From NCBI RefSeq assembly GCF_006345805.1, contig NW_021832983.1, positions 8,989 through 72,988 of the forward strand: a stretch of DNA of 64,000 nt. The letters run 5' to 3'. Below are positions 25,909 to 37,399 of this stretch, piece after piece; the stretch's first letter is position 1, and every line of letters begins with the position of its first letter. A program made the position numbers and the translations under genes. The stretch comes from Octopus sinensis (Eukaryota). A model generated the notes under the pieces. That model ran no database searches. It worked only from the letters and a program-made list of their open reading frames with translations, and was not told the origin of the DNA.

Positions 25909-26155
25909 GGAGACGCAATGGTCCAGTGGTTAGGGCAGCGGACTTGTGGTCGGAGGTTTGCGGTTTCGATTCCCAGACCGGACCTTGTGTGTGTTTATTG
26001 AGCGAAAACACCTAAAAGCTCCACGAGGCTCCGGCAGCGGGGGGCGATGAACTGGCGTCCCCTCCATCTGAAGGGAACACATACGCCATAGAAACCGGGA
26101 AACCGGGCCCATGAGCCTCGCTAGGCTTGAAAAGGGCGCATAAATAAAAAACAAA
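25909..26155 (+). mobile_element. SINE family C, tail variant 2
   Basis: Same head as the other C copies, a different 3' body (ggcgtcccctccatctgaagggaac...gggcccatgagcc) and an A-rich tail. Confidence 0.85.
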
Positions 26156-26351
26156 AGAAAATAGCATTCTGTATGTCATATTTAAAGTAGATATATTGAT
26201 GAAAGCCTGGAAGCAGCGGTATTTATCTCGAGAAAGCATCTCGTAGGTGCATAGTGTTAAAAAAAGAAACACGTGTAATGTAAAGAATGCTATTTTGAAC
26301 TGATGTTGCTGCAACGTTAATATATCAAATTTTAACAAAGCCAGCTGGATA

Positions 26352-26555
26352 TTCTTTTCTACTCTAGGCACAAGGCCCGAAATTTTGGGGGAAGGGGCCT
26401 GTCGATTAGATCGACCCCAGGTCGAAACTGGTACTTAATTTATCGACCCCGAAAGGATGAAAGGCAAAGTCGACCTCGGCGGAATTTGAACTCAGAACGT
26501 AAAGACGGAGGAAATACCACCAAGCTCGGCGTGCTAACGATTCTGCCAGCTCACT
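26352..26555 (-). mobile_element. SINE-A2
   Basis: Homology to other copies. Confidence 0.88.
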
Positions 26556-26604
26556 GCCTTCCAAGCCAGCCGGATATTAGCGACACAAGTGACTTGCTAA
26601 CCAC

Positions 26605-27053
26605 TGTCGTATTTGTGTGGTACGAAGCTTGCTTTCCAACCACATGGCTCCGAGTTCAGGCTCACTGCGTAGCACCTTGGACAAGTGCCTTGTATTATAA
26701 CCTCGAGCCGACCAAGCTGAAAGACCGTCTTATATATGTATCTATATATATATATATATGTGTGTGTGTATTATGTATGTATGTATATATATGTATATAT
26801 ATCTGTGTGTCTCCGTATCCATGTTTGTGTCTTTCTGTCAGTGTTTGTCTAACCACCACCACTTGACAACTCTGTTGTTGGTGTGTTTAGGTTCCCGTAA
26901 CGTAGCGGTTCGGCAACAGACACCGTCAAAATGAGTATCGGACTTAAAAAATAAGTACCGGCGGGATCGATACACTCGGCAAAAAACTTCTTCAAGGCAG
27001 TGCCCCAGCATGGCCGCAGTCTATTGACTGACACAAGTAAAAGATAAAAGATA
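26605..27053 (+). mobile_element. SINE-B
   Basis: Head, internal (TA/TG)n tract and tail ggcagtgccccagcatggccgcagtc...gtaaaagataaaag. Confidence 0.85.
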
Positions 27054-27184
27054 CAGATCTGTATTGGCTGAGTTGTCTTGGGCTGCAGTACGTGCGGCTG
27101 CTTGCTACTGATGATGCTCAAACAAGCAGAAATACATATTCAGCAACCCCAACCATTGTTGCTAGACATTTTTCAACTGTATTT

Positions 27185-27404
27185 TTTTCTATTTGTTTCA
27201 GTCCATTGACTGCGGCCACGCTGGAGCATCACCTTTAGTCGACGAATCGACCCCAGAACTTATTCTTTGTAAGCCTAGTACTTATTCTATCGGTCTCTTT
27301 GGCCGAACCGCTATGTTACAGGGACGTAAATACACCAGCATTGGTTGTGAAGCGATGGTGGGTGGACAAACAGAGACAGACACAGACACAGGCACACAGA
27401 CACA

Positions 27405-27447
<43 letters not shown>

Positions 27448-27473
27448 TATATATTATATATCTATATTATATA

Positions 27474-27514
<41 letters not shown>

Positions 27515-27830
27515 TTAATTTATTATATAGAAGGAGCTTCTACAGGACTAGTACTGTTTCATTCAAGAGAATCTTCTCTTGAATGAAACAGTACTAGTCC
27601 TGTAGAAGCTCCTTCTATATAATAATTAATTTTACTCTGCTATGTATTGAGTACCTTACTTACTGTGGTTAACCCCGATCAACCCGGGACCTACATATAT
27701 ATATATATATATATATATACGCGTGTTTCAGTTTCATTCTACCAAATCCACTCACGCGGCTTTGGTCGACCCGAGGCTATAATGCCACGCAGTGGGACAG
27801 AACCTAGAACCGTGTGGTTAAGGAAGCTAC
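27185..27830 (-). mobile_element. SINE-B interrupted in its internal microsatellite by a PLE-derived palindromic insert
   Basis: 3' half at about 27185-27400 and 5' half at about 27720-27830. Confidence 0.8.
27520..27625. repeat. Perfect palindrome, 52-bp arms with a 2-nt centre
   Basis: 27520-27571 is the exact reverse complement of 27574-27625. One arm is homologous to 33020-33070. Confidence 0.95.
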
Positions 27831-28341
27831 TATATTTGTGCTTTGTTGTTGTTGTTGTTGTTGTTGTTGCTGTTGTTTTGTTTTGATAATCCTAAGCATC
27901 TATACGAGATGTTTTTTATTCGAAATGAATACCGCTGTTTCCCAGGCTTTCAAAAGTATGTTAGCGTTAAGTGTGATATATATATAGTATGGTACAGTGA
28001 AAGGTTCGTTGAACTGATAATACTTCTGGCGCTAATAACGAATAAATGAAAAACGTAATTCTGAATATATGATATGCTATGACTTTTATGTCATTGGATT
28101 AATGTAAGTCTCTCATATAGAATGTTTTTCTCAACACATCTGAATAGTGTGAGGCAACGACAGAAGCCGTAAATACACTAAAGTGACTCTAAAACCCATT
28201 TAAAGGTAACCAATTTACAAACTAGTTACATAAATGCATTCAAAAAACATTCTTTATAACCCCACAAATATTTACACACCTTAAACAAAGGGCAGTTACT
28301 GATCTAGCCTATTCAGAATAGATTATATAACGCATATATTT

Positions 28342-28702
28342 AAGGCGGTGAGCTGGCAGAAACGTTAGCACGCCGGGCGAAATGCTTAGCGGTATTTCGT
28401 CTACCACTACGTTATGAGTTCAAATTCCGCCGAGGTCGACTTTGCCTTTCATCCTTTCGGGGTCGATTAAATAAGTGCCAGTTACGCACTGCGGTCGATT
28501 AAATAAGTACCAGTTATGTACTGCGGTCGATTAAATAAGTACCAGTTATGTACTGCGGTCGATTAAATAAGTACCAGTTATGTACTGCGGTCGATTAAAT
28601 AAGTACCAGTTATGCACTGCGGTCGATATAATCAACTTAATCCGTTTGTTTGTCCTTGTTTGTCCTCTCAGTGTTTAGCCCCTTGTGGGTAGTAAAGAAA
28701 TA
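28342..28702 (+). mobile_element. SINE-A1 with five internal 32-bp tandem units and a 17-bp target-site duplication
   Basis: ggtcga recurs at 28461, 28493, 28525, 28557, 28589 and 28621. TSD agattatataacgcata lies at 28320-28336 and 28703-28719. Confidence 0.92.
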
Positions 28703-28724
28703 AGATTATATAACGCATAAAGAG

Positions 28725-29005
28725 CAAAGGTTCCCATTCTCACTTCAGGGAAAAGACCACGGGGGTTGCCTTCTTCGAAGATACAAGTACCAACTAGAAG
28801 CATCACTGAAAGCCACGGGACTTGAACCTAAATTGTTTGAAACACAAACCCGGGTCTATAACATCTGGCAGTATTCCATCACCATCGGAGCCAAAGACTC
28901 CGAAGCTACCAGAGAAAAGTAAGAAATCAAACGACATTTGAGAAAGGCACGACAAAATCAAACTCCTCCTCCATGAACATTATCATGCGGTCAATGCCAC
29001 CGATT
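28725..29005 (+). mobile_element. Decayed RTE-clade LINE C-terminal fragment
   Basis: SGKRPRG/CLLRRYKYQLEASLKATGLEP...W...GAKDSE...KRHLRKARQ...CGQCHRF. Confidence 0.7.
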
Positions 29006-29167
29006 CTATATGTGTGTGTGTGTGTGTGTGTAGTCGTCACCAAAGTGACTTAGGTTGCTGGTCAGTACCAGCATTGCTAGAAATAAGAGTCAAAACATCT
29101 TTTAGTCACGTGAGAGCACTTTTCTAACAAAAGAAACAAGATCCCCACGACAAGCGAGATTGAGTAA

Positions 29168-29210
29168 TATCAACGCTGATTTCAGATTTGATTAATCTTC
29201 ATCAGTGACA
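29168..29210 (-). ncRNA. Hammerhead-like motif with intact core and stem II but damaged stem III
   Basis: UGUCA-CUGAUGA-AGAUU-aauca-AAUCU-GAA-AUCAGCG-U-UGAUA. Confidence 0.55.
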
Positions 29211-29239
29211 CATTAGTCTATCGCCGATGGTTAAGCCCA

Positions 29240-30500
29240 AGCCAACGAAAAGTATTCTAATACAAGCCCAAGTACACTCGTCAACAACATCGAAACCGAC
29301 AGTAAAAACAAGCAGGAGAGACCTAACTGTAGTATATGCGTCAACCTGATTGAGGGATCGGAGTTCTCCTTCAAACTAGGTCAACGTTTTAAAATGCAAA
29401 ACTACTTCACATGTGCTTTGGAAAACCTGATATATGTATTACCTTGCTCAGGGTGTCGGGAGCAATTGTTGGCATCCTTTTTGTCTCGGGAGACAATGGA
29501 GTTGCGCATAAAATAGTCTAGTCCGGCTTTTGCATTTCATGTCCTGATACATTTCCTGCTGTGGCTGTGTAGTTCTATCCTGGACAAACACTCCCTCTGG
29601 CAGGTACCGCAAATGTAGCGAAGACTGTTCCTGGCTGGTTGTAGTGTCATAGTTTCTTGTTGACATCTTTCCATTTCTCCTCTTTCTCTCTGTCACTCCT
29701 TTATATTCCCTCTTTTACGGTACGTCGCCAATCTCTACGGTTGCTGGCAATTGCTTCCCAACTGCTAATACTGATGTTGCAGGCCTTCATGTCCCTTTTG
29801 CAAACATCTTTGTTACGTAAGAGCGGTCTACCCACAGACCTAGTACCCATAGCAAGCACTCTGTAGAGTATTCCTTGGGGATTCTGCCATCTTTCATACG
29901 GCTAACATGCCCAAGCCATCTCATACGTCATAGGTTGTTGGGAGCAATACATTGGTCAAAACTAATCACTCACTACGATCCCTTTAAGTTCCACATTATT
30001 GCCTTCAGGCTATCAATCGATAGGGTTAGACTGTCAGATCTATGACGTGTTTAGAACGAAGTAATGTATTTTACCATCTCTTCATATCCGCTCTTCAAAT
30101 TCAATAAGAATTTGTTAACAAATCTAAGCTCTATTTTTAGCATGTGATTTAAAATTATTTGATTAATTGCATAATATTACATTCATAATTAATGACCAAT
30201 TGACGCCCGATCTTATAACACATCTCAATAACCATCAACAATTTCTTCGACGCATTTCATGTAATTGTCATACAATATATAACAGTCTACACCAGAGTAT
30301 GAACCTACACGGATCCCAGATTAAAATACGGGAATAGAGACAAATAGCATTAAGTGAACACATCAACATCTGCGCCATGATAAATCTGAGGACAATGCAA
30401 ACTATAATCAGCGCATTAGCAGAGAATCATATTTTTTATCGCAAAATCTCCTTTGAATGTTTCCATCACAGATGACACTGCTACAGAGATCTTAGAATAA
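29240..30500 (+). pseudogene. Fragmented Neptune-like PLE linker/GIY-YIG region
   Basis: RPNCSICVNLIEGSEFSFK...NYFTCALENLIYVLPCSGCREQ | RTE insert | YIGQ..., then MNLHGSQI...RQIALSEHINICA from about 30295. Confidence 0.75.
29467..29939 (-). mobile_element. 5'-truncated RTE-clade LINE with a 9-bp TSD
   Basis: MRWLGHVSRMKDGRIP...GRPLLRNKDVCKRDMKAC...YICGTCQRECLSRIELHSHSRKC. TSD gggagcaat lies at 29458-29466 and 29940-29948. Confidence 0.88.
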
Positions 30501-30524
30501 CACCCACGGAAATATTAAAAACAA

Positions 30525-30724
30525 TATTCTTTTATTCTTTTACTTGCTTCAGTCATTTGGCTGCGGCCTTGCTGGAGCACTGCCTTTTAGTCGTGCAAAT
30601 CGACCCCAAGACTTATTCTTTGTAAGTACTTATTCTATCGGTCATTTTTGCCGAACTGCTAAATTACGGTGACGTAAACCTCAAGCGATGTTTCGGGAAC
30701 AGACACAGACACACAGACACGCAG

Positions 30725-30755
<31 letters not shown>

Positions 30756-30948
30756 GAGGCACGCACACACACGCACACACATATATATATACATACGACG
30801 GGCTTCTTTCAGTTTCCGTCTACCAAATCCACTCAGAAGGCTTTGGTCGTCCCGAGGCCGTAGTATATGACTCTTGCTCAAGGTACCACGTAGTGAGACT
30901 GAACCCGGAACCATGTGGCTGGTAAGCAAGCTACTTACCACACAGCCA
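30525..30948 (-). mobile_element. SINE-B
   Basis: Full-length homology to 18234-18692. Confidence 0.88.
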
Positions 30949-31109
30949 CATATGCATGTACGTATTTATGTGTGTCTTGGCGTCTATATGTGTGTTTGTG
31001 TGCATGTATGTACGTAGGTATCTATCTATCACTGCGTATATCCCCGAAGGTGGTAGACATTATCAAGAAAACAAAAATAAATACTCACCTCCCCACCCAA
31101 ATAAAATCA

Positions 31110-31230
31110 CAAGAATCAGTGACGCTCCCTTGCTATAGTAGAAGACATTTGCCCAAGGTGCTATGCATTAGGACTGTACACGGTACCATGTGGTTGGTAA
31201 GCAAGCTACTTACCACACAGCCACTCCTCG
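31110..31230 (-). mobile_element. SINE-B 5' head fragment
   Basis: gaagacatttgcccaaggtg...gcaagctacttaccacacagccactcc. Confidence 0.75.
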
Positions 31231-31363
31231 CTACCTACGAATTTATTCAGAACAGTTCCTATTACTACAACTGCTACAAACTTAACAGGTCACTTGAAGG
31301 TCACTTGACCATTGAAGTAGATTCCACGGATAACTTCTACTACTAGGTAATATCACTTCCGTA

Positions 31364-31456
31364 TTCTTCTTCTTCTTCTTCTTCTTCTTCTTCTTCTTCT
31401 TCTTCTTCTTCTTCTTCTTCTTCTTCTTCTTCTTCTTCTTCTTCTTCTTCTTCTTC
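31364..31456. repeat. Pure (TTC)n, about 31 units
   Basis: Read directly. Confidence 0.97.
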
Positions 31457-31660
31457 CAGCCGCCATACTTGATAGCTAAATCAACAAGTTTTTCTTATTC
31501 TCACTCTGTTTATTTTCTCTTATTCCTATCTGTTAAAGAGCGTAGGCTCGAAACGTAAAAGACTTTCTCACTTTCCCGACCGTCAAACTATTGCACCCAC
31601 TTGTTGTTCATACACCCGTCTCCGTCTTTTGTTTTTCTGTAAATTTCAACTATATCTTTG
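31457..31660 (+). mobile_element. PLE-type pLTR fragment of the same family as 300-490, with an HHR-like motif at 31530-31561
   Basis: CTGTTAA-a-GAGC-gtag-GCTC-GAA-ACGT-A-aaag, followed by acacccgtct...tttt...taaatt as in 300-490. Confidence 0.65.
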
Positions 31661-31799
31661 CACCCATAAAGACAATGTTTCAAATTTACTACTTCCTACC
31701 TTACGAACCTCCACAAAGGAAAAGAGAGAGAGAGATAGAGATAGAAAAAAGGAAAATGTCCTACCTATTTGAAGACTATGGAAATATTTGCAAAACATT

Positions 31800-31980
31800 T
31801 CATTTAATTTTTCTTATTTAATATCCACCTTTGTTTTACTCTTCGTTGAAAAAGTCGAAAAGGCAGAAACCGGTACTAACTGTTACAGAATGTATTTCAT
31901 GATAAAACTATTTTAGCATTTTCTACCTAAACTTATTTTCCTTATTCATATCAACCTTTGTGTCACTTTTCAACATTCTA
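31800..31980 (+). mobile_element. PLE-type fragment with a degenerate HHR (gaaaccggta family)
   Basis: ttgaaaa-agtcgaaaaggca-GAA-ACCGGT-A. It is related to 36110-36270, including the downstream ttagcattttcta. Confidence 0.5.
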
Positions 31981-31995
31981 CATATATATGTGTGT

Positions 31996-32040
<45 letters not shown>

Positions 32041-32436
32041 TTAGGCTGGAAATAATTGCATAAGAGACTATATTTATATTCTCTAGCATTATAATGCACA
32101 TCGATATTTCAGAGCATGTGTAAGCTTAAGAGATGTAGTGAAGAAAGAGAAAGAGAAAGAGCGAGAGAGATGGAGAGAGAAAGAGAGAGACAGAGACAGA
32201 CAGGAAGAGAGAGAGAGAGAGGGAGGGAAGGTGGGTCAGAGACAGACAAAGAAACAAAGTGACTGTGTTCTATGTGACGGACAGTGTGTGTGTGTATGTG
32301 TGAATGAGTGTGTTTGTGGATGTACCGGTTGAGTGTATGTGTATCTGTGTATGTGGGTATGTGTGCGTCTGTGCCTATGTATTTGTGTGTGTGTGTATGT
32401 GTGTGTGTGTGTGTGTGCGTATGTGTACGTGTATGT

Positions 32437-32475
<39 letters not shown>

Positions 32476-32818
32476 GAGTGTTTAATACAGCAAAGAATTC
32501 CTGAATGTCCAGCTATGCATTAATTAAAACTGTCAATAGAGCTTCATTAAACGTATCACAGGTAGTCGTGTTTAGCTAACAGTTGCTCCGGTCTGGCCGC
32601 AGCTGTCTCCATTATGTTGCCTTTAACAATAATCTGAAATTGAATTAAAACACGAGACTCACATCTGTCTTAATATGCATATATATATATATATATATTA
32701 TGTGCATATGTGCATATATATCTATCCATCAATTTTTCTATCAATTTTTCTATCAAGCTCTTACTCTCTCTCTCTCTCTCTCTCTGTATATATAATAATG
32801 TATAATGTATGTATGTGT

Positions 32819-32874
<56 letters not shown>

Positions 32875-33029
32875 TGTATATAATATATATATATGTAATA
32901 TATATATATATGTGTATAATGTATGTATATATATATATGTATGTATGTACGTATGTATATATATATTATATATATATATACATATATATATATATAATAT
33001 ATATATATATATTTTATTTTATAGAACGA

Positions 33030-33078
33030 GCTTCTACAGGACTAGAACTGTTTCATTTAGATGAAATCTTCAGGAAGC
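33030..33078 (-). ncRNA. Type I hammerhead ribozyme with intact core and weak stem II
   Basis: GCUUC-CUGAAGA-uuucaucuaaau-GAA-ACAG-uucuaguc-CUGU-A-GAAGC, embedded in (TA)n. Confidence 0.75.
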
Positions 33079-34035
33079 ATATATATATATATATATGTAT
33101 GTATGTATGTACGTATGGTATCTATGTATATATATATATGTATATAATATGTGGTGTATATATAATAATAATATTAGGGAGTAAATTTGCCTAATAGTGT
33201 TTTATTCTCTAATTTGATATATGTGTATATATATATGTGTATATATATATGTATATATATATAGTCCTTCATTTTGTGCTCATTGCTTTATATACTTTAT
33301 ATGTTATGCATATGTATATGCATATATACATATATATATATACATACATATATATATACACATATATATATATGTATATACATATGTACATATATATGTA
33401 CATATGTATAAGTATATATATATACACACACCTACATATACACAGACACATAACACCACAGTTATTCATTTGCAAGTTCCAAACATTGGACTGACGTCCT
33501 CCGAGAGACACTATGAAAACATACAAAAATACATATATATACATACATGCACGCACACATAAAAACGCGCGCACATATTATATATAACACCGTATATACC
33601 TACCTGCTTACATAAATATATATATACATACACCTATGCACACGCATTTATGTATATATACTCATATGTATATATACATATAGATATGTGTGTGTATGTA
33701 TCTGTATGTAAATATATATGTATGTGGGCGTGCGTGTGTGTGTGTATGTGTGTGCGTGAATGTGTGTGCGAGTGTATTTTGCAGGCGTTTGTGCATATCT
33801 GTATGAAATAGTATACAATGCAAGACATCTATAGATTTCCAGCCAGCACTGTAAGAGTCTGATTTAAGAGACATTTTTGTGCTTTTCTTTTTCTTCTTCA
33901 CGTCCATAAAAACATTACGCATCAACACAAGATGTTTACATCCGTCTATTAAAGTATTGGCTGGAATATGTTCACAGATATATATCTACAGTTATGATAT
34001 ATATAACAACATACATACATACATACATATATACA

Positions 34036-34139
<104 letters not shown>

Positions 34140-34196
34140 CATATATATAATATATATATTATGTATGTATGTATGTATGTATAATGTATGTTATAC

Positions 34197-34228
<32 letters not shown>

Positions 34229-34439
34229 ATATAATATATATATATATACACATATATATACATATATATACATATTTATATATATATATATATATACACA
34301 TATATATATATACCTATACGTATACATATTCATACGCACACACACACGTATTATTGTATGTGTATAAGTATAATATGATATATATATAACAATACATATA
34401 TATTATGAATATATATTTGTATATATTTTCTATATTTAC

Positions 34440-34588
<149 letters not shown>

Positions 34589-34611
34589 GGAGAGAGAGAG
34601 AGAGAGAGATG

Positions 34612-34665
<54 letters not shown>

Positions 34666-34719
34666 AATATGTATACGTCATTTATATATATATATATATA
34701 TACACATCTTGTCCCAAAC

Positions 34720-35110
34720 TTTGGCATTCAAAGTTACTCCAACCGCAGAACAGGGCGCCGCTGCGTGGTGCCAAGGATTCCAACATCACCATCAAAATAC
34801 AGGTCCAGATACTGCAACAGCTTGGGTTCAGAGGACCACAGCTCTTAACATCCTCCTAAATGCCGGAGAGACTTACATGGTGTGGATGTGGGTTTCTTTA
34901 AAACTAAACTGGATCTCTTCTTGTTGGGAGTCCCAGATGAAACCTACCTCACGACAGGAGACAATGATGCGGGCAGCAGCATCGAACTCCCTTGTTGATC
35001 AAGTGCCACGTATCAGAGGTGGATTCACAAAACTAGTGTAGTCATTCAGCGGTGGTGCCCCAGCATGGCCGCGGCCTTCGGCTAAAACATTTTAAGGATT
35101 AAGGATTTAA
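34720..35110 (+). mobile_element. Decayed CR1-clade LINE 3' fragment
   Basis: ...FRGPQLL...KLDLFLLGVPDETYL...AAASNSLVDQVP, then the 3' UTR ggtggtgccccagcatggccgcgg and a (ttaagga)n tail. Confidence 0.8.
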
Positions 35111-35289
35111 GGATATACATTATATACATATTTATATATATATATATACACACATATATATACATATACGTATACATATTCATACGCACACACCACATGT
35201 ATTATTGTATGTGTATAAGTATATATGTATATATATATATACATATACATATATATTATGAATATATATTGTATATATTTTTCTATATT

Positions 35290-35327
<38 letters not shown>

Positions 35328-36109
35328 CCTGCACAGATCCCAGATAAAAATTCCTCAAAACAGAAAATAGCTTTAGCCAACACATAGATACTTGCGCCAA
35401 CAAAAAAAACACCAAACTCAGGATTTCTCCCCTCTACCAATTTAGGGACGATACAACCTCGAGACAAGAATAAGTAAAGAAAATCTCTTTATTACAAAAT
35501 ACAAGCCACTTCTTAACGGGTCTACGACAAACAATTAATATACCTCAACTTTAGAATAAAGAAATATATACACACACAAATAATACACTCCATAGAACCA
35601 TTCTAATCAGCCCCATCACGCTATACTTACACCCATTCATATTCTCCCTTCTCTGCTTTTTTCTTTCGTCTTCTTCTCTTCTTCTTCATCCATCATCATT
35701 ATCATCATCATCGTCGTCATCATCATCACCACCATCATCACCACCATATTCTCCTTCTCCTTCTTCTTCTTTCTTCTTCTTCTTCTTCGTTCCTCATCAT
35801 CATCATCATCATCATCAAACATCGTCATCTTCTTCTTCTTCTACTTCTCCCACTTTCCACCCCTTAACCTTGTCACTAATGTCTTTCAGTTATAACGCCT
35901 ACGCAAATTCCAATAAACAATTCATGAATTGACTGCGACTACTGTCAGCCACTGACCATTCAAAATACGACCATTAAGGCATTCCCAGATTTCCCCACCC
36001 CCTCTCCACATCAGCCTCCTTATCTTCCCTTATCCTACCAAGAACTCAAAACGACCTCGAACACACAAGTGCAAACAAGGGAGTCAGAGAAAGGCAGAAT
36101 GCTACTTAT

Positions 36110-36270
36110 ATCTGAACACTACAGAAATAAAAAAACTTTCTTCTAATTTTTCTAAATTTAATTATTTAATCGTTACAGTTGAAAAGGTCTCAAAATGACG
36201 AAACCGGTACTGAAAGATTCACTATAAAATATCTTAGCATTTTCTATTTTTGACTGGTTTTTCAGATATA
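36110..36270 (+). mobile_element. PLE-type fragment with a degenerate HHR at 36176-36212
   Basis: CAG-ttgaaaa-g-GTC-tcaaaat-GAC-GAA-ACCGGT-A-CTG, ending in (TA)n. Confidence 0.6.
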
Positions 36271-36397
36271 TATATATATATATATAGATTATATATATAT
36301 ATATAATATTATATATATATAATATCTATATATATATATACATACATATATTAATATATATAGTTATAGTATATATATATATATATATATAATTATC

Positions 36398-36463
<66 letters not shown>

Positions 36464-36522
36464 CATATATTATATAACATATATATATATATACATAGAG
36501 AGCGAGAGAGATAGATAGATAG

Positions 36523-36585
<63 letters not shown>

Positions 36586-36839
36586 AATATGTATACGTAT
36601 ATATATATCGTCATTTAGTATAGGGTGGAGAAACATACTGCTAATGCATTAAGAATTTAAATATACATGTGTGTGTGCGTGTGTATGAATGTACGTATGT
36701 TTATATGTAAGTATGTATATATGTATGTCTGTTCCTGTGTGTGTGTGTATGTATGGATTTCACTGTATCCCTGTTTCACTGTTTCAATCACAGTATGAGT
36801 TATTGTTATACACCGCTAGTCACAATGTGCTTCCTGCAT

Positions 36840-37085
36840 TGTTGCAGATTTCAAAATATGTCGCCACGCTGTCTAAGCGGTTAGGTATCTGACGTATAAA
36901 TGACCCGTGCACAACATACCCTCGAAACCGGTCGCCAGTCCGGCGCAAATTTACTCATTTAGATGTGAGCGTCTGGTGAAATGTAAAATGAAGTGTTTTT
37001 CTAGAGGGCGCAACGCTCTCCCTGGGGATCGAAAGCATAATCTTGCAATTGTTATTGTAACGCAATAAGGACAAGGATGCGCGCC
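36840..37085 (-). mobile_element. Degenerate CORE-type SINE
   Basis: Minus strand gives a tRNA-like head (ttcgatccccaggg) and a CORE-like aaacacttcattttacatttcaccag, similar to 60045-60200. Confidence 0.55.
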
Positions 37086-37144
37086 TTCACACGCACATAC
37101 ATACACAAATATATATTACAGCTGTTACCCCAATATGAAAATTA

Positions 37145-37350
37145 TTCTTTTCTACTCTAGGCACAAGGCCCGAAATTTTGGGAGAGGGGGCTAGTCGATT
37201 AGATCGACCCCAGAACTCAACTGGTACTTAATGTATCAACCCCTATAGAATGAAAGGCAAAGTCGACCACGGCGGAATTCGAACTCAGAACGTAAAGAAC
37301 GCTAAGCATTTCCCGCCCGGCGTACTATCGATTCTGCCAGCTCCCCACCT
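37145..37350 (-). mobile_element. SINE-A2
   Basis: Homology to other copies. Confidence 0.85.
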
Positions 37351-37399
37351 TAATATGAATATTATTAATACACGTAAGTCTCACAGTCATACCGGGCGC

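Noticed and set aside
28461-28625. CRISPR-like regular 32-bp periodicity (also the 184-bp units at 41468-42028 and the 21-bp units at 11027-11090)
   Set aside because: Contiguous tandem repeats without unique spacers, no cas genes, and a eukaryotic context.
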